Virus genome (UHGV): UHGV-0038492 | DNA: 64,000 nucleotides | Strand: one strand, 5' to 3' | From: a virus | Part shown: positions 55,988-64,000 of the stretch, piece after piece | Layout: every line of letters starts with the position of its first letter | Numbering within the stretch: position 1 is the stretch's first letter | Made by a program: the position numbers and the translations under genes | The notes under the pieces: generated by a model | Databases searched by the model: none | Told to the model about the DNA's origin: nothing | What the model saw: only the letters and a program-made list of their open reading frames with translations

Positions 55988-56887
55988 TTAAATATAATCA
56001 ATGGCGAACAAAGGATCGTCGTCTACGTTAGCACCAGGGGTTAACAAGAATGGAGAGTTATACGCTTCCAAAATACGGTTAAGGTCTTTATAACGGACAT
56101 TTAAACGTTCTAAATCCGCTAACGTTACGTTACGGTCCAACACCGCCGACACTGCTGCTTTCTCTTCGTCAGTTAACGTGACTTTCGTCATTAAGAAACT
56201 AACGAGTTTTGCCAGATCCGCTTCTGTTGACGGATGCTCGCCGATACGCGTTTGAATCAAATGCTGCATCCATGGTTTACGGATGCGTTTTGTGATCTCA
56301 TGTTCATCCGTTAGGGCAACCCACACGGAACGTTCACGATCCCACACGAACTTATAGCTATACGCCATTAAATCCGCTAAACAATTAATCCCTAAGGCTT
56401 CGTACCCTTCAATTTCAATATACGATTCCGTATCGAAATAGTTCTTCGTTTCTGGTGTTACCAGGGTAAAGAAATACGGGAACGAGCCCAAGTAATCTGG
56501 TGACCACCAACGACGGGCAACCGGTTTTGCACCCATTTCTTCAAACGGGGTAAAGAACAATTCCATATCCACGGAGTTATTCAAAATCCCATCACTAAAG
56601 AAATATTTACCTGCAACCAATTTACCACGCAACTCAGAGTCACCGGTAAATACCACTACACTTTCTGCCGTCAGATCACGAATCTTAAACGTATTTTCTA
56701 CACGATAGTTTTTACGATCGGTAAAGAAACGTCCGCGCACTTTAGGCCATTCGCCTGGCAATTGCGTCAGCAGACGAACTTCATCTGCTAAGTGTGCACG
56801 TACGGAATCAGGGGAAGAAATGTGAAGTGGATGATTGAAAATCGTTTTGTACGCTAAATGTAAATCATTCTTCATTGATTGCTCCAA
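55988..56887 (-). CDS. hypothetical protein between Cys-rich proteins and radical-SAM enzymes
   Basis: 299-aa ORF; no motif recognised. Confidence 0.6.
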   Translation of the reverse strand: MEQSMKNDLHLAYKTIFNHPLHISSPDSVRAHLADEVRLLTQLPGEWPKVRGRFFTDRKNYRVENTFKIRDLTAESVVVFTGDSELRGKLVAGKYFFSDGILNNSVDMELFFTPFEEMGAKPVARRWWSPDYLGSFPYFFTLVTPETKNYFDTESYIEIEGYEALGINCLADLMAYSYKFVWDRERSVWVALTDEHEITKRIRKPWMQHLIQTRIGEHPSTEADLAKLVSFLMTKVTLTDEEKAAVSAVLDRNVTLADLERLNVRYKDLNRILEAYNSPFLLTPGANVDDDPLFAIDYI

Positions 56888-56910
56888 CTATTTTACGGTC
56901 AAACGGACGT

Positions 56911-57120
56911 TCAGGGTATAGAACCCACCCCGCCATTGTCTGCCGGTAACTTGAAACTCAGCAGTAAACCCATTCGATTTACTCGGTTGCTGGTTAATCG
57001 CCATACTACCGCCGGAATTCTTAAAACCTCTAAAGAGATAGAAGCAGAAGTCGCATTACCGATTGAGTCTATCTTAAAACTAGCCGCATCTGTAAAATTG
57101 ACAGTAATACCATCACCCAT
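56911..57120 (-). CDS. possible small ORF filling the gap in the operon
   Basis: 69-aa ORF spaced about 22 nt from both neighbours in a tightly packed operon; weak RBS. Confidence 0.3.
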   Translation of the reverse strand: MGDGITVNFTDAASFKIDSIGNATSASISLEVLRIPAVVWRLTSNRVNRMGLLLSFKLPADNGGVGSIP

Positions 57121-57142
57121 CGCAACTCGGGGAAAGGCTTAC

Positions 57143-57349
57143 TTACCGCCCCCCTGCTCCCTTACTACAGCTACCGCTGCACGACCAGCTACATCCACCG
57201 TTACAGTTGTAGTGGCTTAAAGGTAAACCGGCAAGGTTATTGGTTGAAGACACGGTACCCTGGTTTGCAATATAGTTGTTTGCGTTAGCGGTCGTAATAT
57301 ACCCTTCCGCTGTTACTAAACGATCACGAAGGTTCTTAAGGCTAATCAC
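57143..57349 (-). CDS. Cys-rich protein, short copy 3
   Basis: GTG start 6 nt after GGGAGG (which is also the last two codons of the upstream gene); leader ISLKNLRDRL... then NCNGGCSWSCSGSCSKGAGGR. Confidence 0.55.
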   Translation of the reverse strand: MISLKNLRDRLVTAEGYITTANANNYIANQGTVSSTNNLAGLPLSHYNCNGGCSWSCSGSCSKGAGGR

Positions 57350-57351
57350 AA

Positions 57352-57750
57352 TTACCTCCCAGAACACCCACCGGAACAAGAACCTGAACAGCCTGAAGAA
57401 CAGTTCCCTGTACACGCGTTAGAACAGCTCCCCGTGCAACTTCCTGAACACCCACCGGAGCAGGTATTCGAACATCCGCTACAGCCCGCGCTACAACCTG
57501 ATACGCAGTTTGCAGAACACGAGGAACCACAACCACCGGATGCGTTTCCTGTGCAGCCACCAGAACAACTCGAACACGTCCAGCTACAACTACCTCCGCA
57601 GTCGTAGTGATTGCGGGCCTGTCCTCCGAATAAGTCTGCGTTGTTTGTCGCTTTCCCGCGAATATAGTTTTGTACTGCACCCGTATTCTTCAATGCAGTG
57701 CTGTCAATGTTATTTAACCGCGCTTGTAGCGCAGGTAATCCAATTGCCAT
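57352..57750 (-). CDS. Cys/Gly/Ser-rich protein, copy 2
   Basis: 132 aa; ~50-aa N-terminal leader-like region ending DCGG, then about 80 residues with 20 Cys in a C-x2-3 periodicity. Confidence 0.7.
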   Translation of the reverse strand: MAIGLPALQARLNNIDSTALKNTGAVQNYIRGKATNNADLFGGQARNHYDCGGSCSWTCSSCSGGCTGNASGGCGSSCSANCVSGCSAGCSGCSNTCSGGCSGSCTGSCSNACTGNCSSGCSGSCSGGCSGR

Positions 57751-57760
57751 TTTTCACCTC

Positions 57761-58156
57761 TTAGGTTGGGCCAGAACAGCCGCCAGAGCAGGCACCAGAA
57801 CAACCCGTAGAACAACGGCCTGAGCAAGCACCCCCACAGGTTCCGCTACAACCTGAACACCCACCTGAACACGTTGAGCTACATCCAGTACATTGGTTAC
57901 CGCACGCAGAGGAGCAGCTGCCTACACACACAGACGTACAAGTACCCGAACAGCTCGTACAACCATGCGTACAGCCGTTTGAGCACGTCCAGCTACAACT
58001 ACCTCCGCAGTCTAACCGGTTTGGCGTCCAACCCGAAAATGTGTCGGCTGCATTATGTGCTTTCGACGCAACTTGCGGATCAACACGTGGGCCAGTTGCC
58101 ATTTGGTTCTCTACGTTGGTGATTCGGTCACGTACGTTTTTAACACTGATCGCCAT
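57761..58156 (-). CDS. Cys/Gly/Ser-rich protein, copy 1
   Basis: AAGGA RBS before ATG 58156; leader MAISVKNVRDRITNV...LDCGG then 21 Cys in about 80 residues. Confidence 0.7.
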   Translation of the reverse strand: MAISVKNVRDRITNVENQMATGPRVDPQVASKAHNAADTFSGWTPNRLDCGGSCSWTCSNGCTHGCTSCSGTCTSVCVGSCSSACGNQCTGCSSTCSGGCSGCSGTCGGACSGRCSTGCSGACSGGCSGPT

Positions 58157-58223
58157 CACGTATCCTTAAAATAAAAAAGAATGGAGGACTACGTCCATAA
58201 ACATAGTTCCTCCTGTAATTAAA

Positions 58224-59429
58224 TTATTTCGTACCCGCTTCCGCCTGTACGTCATCACGAGACGTCAGGTTAGCGTTAACGTGTACTGCGGCCTGAACCA
58301 CGCCACCGTATTTCTTGTGGAGATAACCGGTGTGTGGGTTATCTGCCGCAATGTGGTTTTGTAGGTTTTGGTTCGCTTGACTGATTGCGTTCGTGTTATT
58401 GTTAACCTGCTGTTTAAGCGCATCCAGGCTTTGTTGTACCTGATTGATTTTCTGATCGGTTTCTTGACCCTGTTGCTCTAACGCGTCAACACGCTGAATA
58501 ACCTGATTCAGTTTTGTGTTTAAATCGTTGATGTTCTTTTGCAGCTGTAACACTAACGAGTTCAGGTTCGCTAACGCTAAGGCCATTTTCTGGTAGTTTT
58601 GAGCAACCACGTTAAGTTGGTCGTTCCACGCTTCCAGAGAGTTGACAACAGCGTCAATACGTTTACCTAAAGCTTCGTCCGCTTTCTTCAGTGCATTGAT
58701 TTCCGTAATCGTTGCATCGATAGCAGACTGAACGTCACGAATAAGCGCACGGATTTCAGTTTCTCTTAACCCGTTAACCTGGTGAATATCAAGATGGTGA
58801 ACGTTACCCGTTGCGTTGATGTGTGCATTTAAAGCATCTAAGAAGTCATTTTTCAGACTTTCTAAAATCGCTTTAATGTTCTCTAACTGTACCGCGTCAC
58901 CAGAACTGATCGCATCTTTAATCCCCGCCAATACGGTGATGATATATTCAAAACCGTAGATGTCACCCACGTCTTTATACGTCGGTGCAGACGGGAATGT
59001 ATCCGGTACGTTACGTAAGTCTTTAAACGCAATCGTACGGTTATCGAGGTTTAACTCAGCAATCGCCTGTTCGATAGCCACGATGTTCGCAGACTGTGGA
59101 CCACCAACGACCTGCGCAGATACCGTAATATCTGTTGGAATCGCTGTGTTAGTGACCACCACCGCCATAACAATCTCGCGGTTTTTAGTCAGCTTTTCAT
59201 AAGTCGGGTGTGCAAAAATCAACTCATAATCGGTACCACGTTCGTAGGTTGCTTCCGGTCGGTTAGCAACGCGTAAACGGAACGTGTCCGCAAAGAACGG
59301 ACCATCAGGAAAAGCAAAAGCACGGTTTACTTTACCTGTACCTAACGTAATCTGACGCTCCACAGCGTTAGACGTTAGCGAGCCCGTTAAATCTAAAGGA
59401 TATTGATAAACAATGGAGGCCATGGCCAC
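58224..59429 (-). CDS. tail fibre protein with long coiled-coil
   Basis: 401 aa; central heptad-rich Asn/Gln/Leu region typical of fibre shafts. Confidence 0.7.
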   Translation of the reverse strand: MAMASIVYQYPLDLTGSLTSNAVERQITLGTGKVNRAFAFPDGPFFADTFRLRVANRPEATYERGTDYELIFAHPTYEKLTKNREIVMAVVVTNTAIPTDITVSAQVVGGPQSANIVAIEQAIAELNLDNRTIAFKDLRNVPDTFPSAPTYKDVGDIYGFEYIITVLAGIKDAISSGDAVQLENIKAILESLKNDFLDALNAHINATGNVHHLDIHQVNGLRETEIRALIRDVQSAIDATITEINALKKADEALGKRIDAVVNSLEAWNDQLNVVAQNYQKMALALANLNSLVLQLQKNINDLNTKLNQVIQRVDALEQQGQETDQKINQVQQSLDALKQQVNNNTNAISQANQNLQNHIAADNPHTGYLHKKYGGVVQAAVHVNANLTSRDDVQAEAGTK

Positions 59430-59463
59430 TCTCCTTTATTCGAGACGTCCTTGTCCCGAGTCA

Positions 59464-62400
59464 TTAAGATGTAAACATAAGATTGAACTGGAGTTTGTCG
59501 ATATCGCGAGTTTCTGCTGGATTCACACCATCGTACGCGGTCGCTACGTAAACCGTTAGCGTGCCGTTAGCGTAAGACGATTTCACCGGTGGGTTAGTTC
59601 CAGTCTGACCATCTCGCACAATGAGTGTAGGTTCACTTGGGAGATTATCAAACTGACCCTTGACCGCTTTATACACCAAACCAGATTGCGCAGACAGTTC
59701 AGTGTCCGTAAAGACAAAGAACGGTGTGTCGATATCAGCCTGTTTAATCGTGGTACCGGTCTCGACGTCAATCAACTGTACCGCCCCAAACTTCGTACGA
59801 TAACTTTCATACTCGTTCTTCGGAATAACGAACGTGACGTGAACGCGAACCTCCTCGGCAGGTTTAAACCCAGCGTGCTCTTTTTCCAGGTACTGGTTGG
59901 CGGTTAACGTGACGTCCTGCTCTTTCATCGTACCACCGGCCTGGTTTAATGCATAGCGAGCTTCAACAATACCGGTTGGCGCAGCAAGTCGCAGTTTCAG
60001 AGCACGATTTGCCGTTCCTGGATTACCTGGCACCTGAACGCGCAAACTCAATGCTAAGTAAACATTCGTTCCGGTAGTCGGTTTCGTATACGCACCAATC
60101 CATTTCATGTTCGCAGACGCTGCCTGCGTGTTCTCAGAAGCAGTGGCTGTCGCAATGTTAGCAGCTACCGCTTTCTGCCAGAATTGGTCAGCGCAGTTCT
60201 CATACGCTACCCTGGCCACGCTCTTATAACCCGAATACGTTTCCTGAATTGGTAACTTAGGACGCGTCGTAATACCAGACAATGAACCCCATTTTTGACC
60301 GTCAACATACCCTTCGCCCTTCGACGCAGACGCCGTAGGCGCTTTAACGGGTTTGTTAACCAGTGTTAATAGAGGACCCGTCTTTCTGTCAAACGCTGCT
60401 GCAACATCATGTTGGTCGATAATTGCTGCGTGGTCTTCCAGTTCTTTCACACGACCCAAACGTTTTACTTTGTCGATGTTGATACCAGTAATACGGCTGG
60501 AATCGGTGGTTACTGACCCGACGAACAGTCTTGTTGAAGTGTCAGCTAACTGCTCCAAACCGATACGGTATTGCGCAGTAGAACCTGACACCTCAGCGTG
60601 CACGTAGAACGTCTGGTTAGCGTGGTTAGACGGGAATTCGCTGCTTAAATCCACAGACCACGTTGGGAGTGTGTAACTGCTGCTACCGAAGTCTAACTTG
60701 ACTTCTTCTGTCAAATACAGAATCCAGCCTTCTGCTGTCTCCACACCGGCAATAATAACAGCCTGACCTCCGGTTGAGAACCTCGTGTCGTTAACGAACT
60801 CTGCGGCTGTATACGCGTTACCTGAACAGAAAACACGGTCAGCTTTAGAGTAAATCAACGCCATCTTGTCCCAATTACCCGCACCCATATAGCACCCAGA
60901 TTCTGGGTTATGTGCAGGGGCCATCTGTCGTAACTGTGACTTACCAGGAACGCGAGACCAACCTGAACCTGGGTCGTAGGTATACTTCGCGGCGTAACCT
61001 AGTGCATTTAAGTCCCCGATATTTCGGATAGTTAACGTATAAGGTAGCCAAATACCGAAGTTTACACCGTCGGCAGAAGCAAAAATTGGCTGACCGACAC
61101 GTCGTGTTTTATTACCCGCTTCTTCCCTCAGAGACTGATAACTTAAACCATAATCGAGGTCTAAGAACCAGTCCACCAACTTAAAGGTGGCTGAGTTGAA
61201 ACGTAAGTAGCCGTTCTCTTTAGATGGACTCACCATGAAGTAATAGATGTCAAGAATTCGACGTCCGTTACTTGAGGTTTTCATGCACGAAACTTGCAAC
61301 AAGTCAAATTCGCACACGGTGTTGATACCCAACATCCAAAGAGCAAACAGTGCATTACCGGTTTGATGTGCAGCACTGATGCGCTCATTCGCGTAACCAT
61401 TTGCTTGACCAGATGGCGCACCGTCAACGATCATCCGAATCATTTTCTGACGATCGGCTTCTTCTAGCGTTAAGCGTTCGGAAGACAATGCGAAATTACC
61501 GTAGATGTTACGATACGGGAACGTTTCTGCTTTGGTCAAATACCAACCGTTTAGCTGCCCGTGACGCTCCTCAGGAGTCATGCACGCAGCCATACAGCTA
61601 AGCTGCTCGTAGAGCGTTGGATCGACTTCACGACGGTTGTTGTTCGGACCGTATCCGCTATAACCCGGAACATCGTAAGGTTTGTTCGGATCAACTTCTA
61701 CTTCGATGGTGTAACGGTTACGTGGGTTAGACAACCACACTTTATTCGAACCGCCTATTCCGACAGGATGGGAAAGACCGATGGTGTAAATAGAACCGCG
61801 ACCTTTATCCCAGGTAAACGTTCCTTCGCCCGAGGTGTTGTTTGGGTTATCGTAACGCAGATAATCGAAAAGCTCTTTGCCTTGTGTACCCTTAATAGAA
61901 ACATTAGGCATTTGGTCCGCATCGTTAATCTGCCAGCAGGAAAGCATCATTCCTGTACCGTTAGGTTTTGCATACGTCGCGAAACAACGGTTGTTTGCCT
62001 GACCACCACCCCACTTACGACTGGTTTCTACAGTTGAACCATCCGCGAACGAGAGTGCAGTAGCATCAGCCTTGATGGGGAAGCGTTCGCGGCCTTCTAA
62101 CGTAACCTTGCCCGTCAACGTATCGATTGTAAAACTTGTTGCCCATTGACGAAAGTTAATTTGTGAGCTGTCGGCCGCTGCAAACCACACAGTAGGCATA
62201 TGGTTCACACGAATCACGCTTTCGCGTACCGCACACGCGTGGTTACATTCTGGCCCGTGAACAAAGTTGTGGCCAATTGTCCATTTAGCCCGTGCTTCCG
62301 GCGTCAAATACGTAAAGAATTGACCCGTCTGCGACTCTTCGGTTTTCTGGCCAATACGTAGGCAGAGGTTATCTCCGAATTGTCCCATTTCACCGGTTAG

Positions 62401-64000
62401 TGTTACACGTTCAAATTCTAACGTAGTGTTAGTAGACAAATCGTCTTTACGTAAGCGCCATGCTGCAACAGCGTAAGCAGAGTTATTTACCGTGGAGCGG
62501 AGAAGATAAACATAGTCCTCAACCAACACAACGTCATCGGCTTCTGGCCACGGATTCCAGGTTTGTTCTGTAGTACCGCTGGGGTTACCGTTACGGTACA
62601 TAGGCATCGTGACACGACATACCACCGTGTGTTTAGTGTGGTCCATCGAACCATTAAACAGCACCAAATAACGATTATTGTCAGAACCCAGGCAAATAAT
62701 CGCTTCCTGACCACCGATCAATATCGCTTTTAGGGTCACTCCAGGATATTTACTCATCCCGGCAGGGTGATATTTCACTGAGGTCTGCTGCGGATTTACA
62801 AACGCGTTTGAGGTGTTAATGTCCGCGTAGCCGTAATAAATGGCTTCTGTACCCGGCACGCCATTAGAACCGTTACGTAGCGAATAAACCTTACCCTGCT
62901 GATACCCAACAACCCCTTTCTGGTAAGACTGGTTTTTGGTATAGCCCGCGTAGTTACCTAACGCTGGGATAGGTAAGAAGTTCTTATTACCGAACTTCGC
63001 ACCGCCTACCGTCCATGCCGGTAAGATGGTATTCAGTTTATCAGAGACTTTCTTAATCTCTTTTGCGAACAACCACCCTTGACGTGACGTGACAGCTTTA
63101 TCATTAGTGGTGTCAATTGCATCCCACAGCTGTAAGACACCGTCAACCGTTGCACTACCAATTGGGACGTTATCCAAGTCAGCAGTGGTGTGGGTGTGCG
63201 TTTTCAAACTCTTGTTTTTCAACACGTTCGTTAACGCTTTTGTCACAGGCTTAGCACTCGGTATGGTGTTATCCATCTTATCGATACCGAAATCGGTTTT
63301 CGTTAAGGTTAACACCATCTTGTCGCCCGTCTTAACAAACCCTTTACCGTTAACGGTATAGTCATCGTCAACGTACAGGTCCAAACGGTCTTTTAGTTCG
63401 GTTACGGCTTTCTGGGAGATGGCAGTACCTAACGCCGCAGACGTAGAGATGTTCGTAATCGAGAACAACCCATAAACTGATTCGGACGCTGTGGGAATAT
63501 TCGCGTTTAACGTGACCGGGTTAGTCTGTTTTGCAGTACCGTACGGTTTTACGGTGTCTGACGCTTTGAAATACGCGTTTGCTTCAAGCAACGTTACTGA
63601 CGTCAGATACATGTTCACCATTTCTGGCGTGACCAGGTACACGGAGTTATAAACCGGTGCTAATACATCCTGTTCTGACCCCGAGTGAACCCAAAGCGTA
63701 TTCAGACCCGCACTAAACTCCACCGCTAAACCTGATTCGTTATTGTCCTGGTCTGCTTTAATCACTAACGGTTGCGGTGAGGTAATTAACCACTTATCAC
63801 CACGAATACTGATGATGTGACCACCTGACGTTTTAAACGTTAATTCATTACCGTTCGTGGTACCCCATCGACCGTAAACAGTACCGAGGGCTTCACCCAT
63901 TAACTGATCAACGTCGGATTGCTCGATACCCGCTGAACCCATCAGCGTAGCCAATTCGTCAATCGTCAACCCAAATGCTTTTGTGGCGTCAACAGCGCGT
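59464..64000 (-). CDS. very large tail fibre/receptor-binding protein, 5' end outside window
   Basis: More than 1500 codons open to the window edge (track start at 63969 is a TTG and the frame stays open); Thr/Ser/Gly/Asn-rich beta-type composition. Confidence 0.8.
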   Translation of the reverse strand, partial: RAVDATKAFGLTIDELATLMGSAGIEQSDVDQLMGEALGTVYGRWGTTNGNELTFKTSGGHIISIRGDKWLITSPQPLVIKADQDNNESGLAVEFSAGLNTLWVHSGSEQDVLAPVYNSVYLVTPEMVNMYLTSVTLLEANAYFKASDTVKPYGTAKQTNPVTLNANIPTASESVYGLFSITNISTSAALGTAISQKAVTELKDRLDLYVDDDYTVNGKGFVKTGDKMVLTLTKTDFGIDKMDNTIPSAKPVTKALTNVLKNKSLKTHTHTTADLDNVPIGSATVDGVLQLWDAIDTTNDKAVTSRQGWLFAKEIKKVSDKLNTILPAWTVGGAKFGNKNFLPIPALGNYAGYTKNQSYQKGVVGYQQGKVYSLRNGSNGVPGTEAIYYGYADINTSNAFVNPQQTSVKYHPAGMSKYPGVTLKAILIGGQEAIICLGSDNNRYLVLFNGSMDHTKHTVVCRVTMPMYRNGNPSGTTEQTWNPWPEADDVVLVEDYVYLLRSTVNNSAYAVAAWRLRKDDLSTNTTLEFERVTLTGEMGQFGDNLCLRIGQKTEESQTGQFFTYLTPEARAKWTIGHNFVHGPECNHACAVRESVIRVNHMPTVWFAAADSSQINFRQWATSFTIDTLTGKVTLEGRERFPIKADATALSFADGSTVETSRKWGGGQANNRCFATYAKPNGTGMMLSCWQINDADQMPNVSIKGTQGKELFDYLRYDNPNNTSGEGTFTWDKGRGSIYTIGLSHPVGIGGSNKVWLSNPRNRYTIEVEVDPNKPYDVPGYSGYGPNNNRREVDPTLYEQLSCMAACMTPEERHGQLNGWYLTKAETFPYRNIYGNFALSSERLTLEEADRQKMIRMIVDGAPSGQANGYANERISAAHQTGNALFALWMLGINTVCEFDLLQVSCMKTSSNGRRILDIYYFMVSPSKENGYLRFNSATFKLVDWFLDLDYGLSYQSLREEAGNKTRRVGQPIFASADGVNFGIWLPYTLTIRNIGDLNALGYAAKYTYDPGSGWSRVPGKSQLRQMAPAHNPESGCYMGAGNWDKMALIYSKADRVFCSGNAYTAAEFVNDTRFSTGGQAVIIAGVETAEGWILYLTEEVKLDFGSSSYTLPTWSVDLSSEFPSNHANQTFYVHAEVSGSTAQYRIGLEQLADTSTRLFVGSVTTDSSRITGINIDKVKRLGRVKELEDHAAIIDQHDVAAAFDRKTGPLLTLVNKPVKAPTASASKGEGYVDGQKWGSLSGITTRPKLPIQETYSGYKSVARVAYENCADQFWQKAVAANIATATASENTQAASANMKWIGAYTKPTTGTNVYLALSLRVQVPGNPGTANRALKLRLAAPTGIVEARYALNQAGGTMKEQDVTLTANQYLEKEHAGFKPAEEVRVHVTFVIPKNEYESYRTKFGAVQLIDVETGTTIKQADIDTPFFVFTDTELSAQSGLVYKAVKGQFDNLPSEPTLIVRDGQTGTNPPVKSSYANGTLTVYVATAYDGVNPAETRDIDKLQFNLMFTS

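Noticed and set aside
56879-57220. Plus-strand 113-aa ORF opposite the operon gap
   Set aside because: It runs against the direction of the surrounding operon, has no RBS and overlaps the more plausible minus-strand small ORF.
57510-58122. Plus-strand ORFs (84 and 82 aa) opposite the Cys-rich genes
   Set aside because: They are mirror artefacts of the repetitive GC-rich Cys/Ser/Gly codons; the minus-strand reading has RBS, paralog conservation and operon context.
1-64000. Integrated prophage or mobile element boundaries (integrase, transposase, att sites)
   Set aside because: No integrase/transposase-like motifs or flanking direct repeats seen; the architecture is that of a virulent phage genome segment.

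Overview
This 64 kb window reads as part of a large virulent tailed dsDNA phage genome (enterobacterial-like codon usage, dense gene packing, many hairpin terminators; no integrase, tRNA, rRNA or CRISPR seen). Positions 1-27.7 kb (+ strand, with one 889-aa gene on -) hold mostly ORFan genes plus a Dam-type adenine methyltransferase, a P-loop nucleotide kinase, GNAT acetyltransferases, an HTH protein and a RuvC-like protein. Positions 27.8-39.2 kb are a receptor-binding module: three fibre proteins sharing one N-terminal anchor motif, a 1519-aa fibre with a C-terminal S74-type chaperone domain, a 1001-aa putative hydrolase and Gly-rich proteins. Positions 39.3-47.2 kb are a block of small ORFan genes behind a recurring AT-rich promoter-like motif (TCAGATATATATTACCTAG plus hairpin, four copies in the window) that resembles phiKZ-type early promoters; this is tentative. 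Positions 48.7-50.6 kb encode a GH108-like muramidase and an M15-like peptidase. The most unusual region is the minus-strand operon at 52.5-64 kb: a very large fibre, a coiled-coil fibre, three tandem Cys/Gly/Ser-rich proteins (20-21 Cys in two of them) and two paralogous radical-SAM/SPASM-like enzymes. I interpret it as a candidate phage-encoded peptide or protein cross-linking (RiPP-like) system embedded in the tail-fibre module. All functional calls rest on motif reading without database searches.
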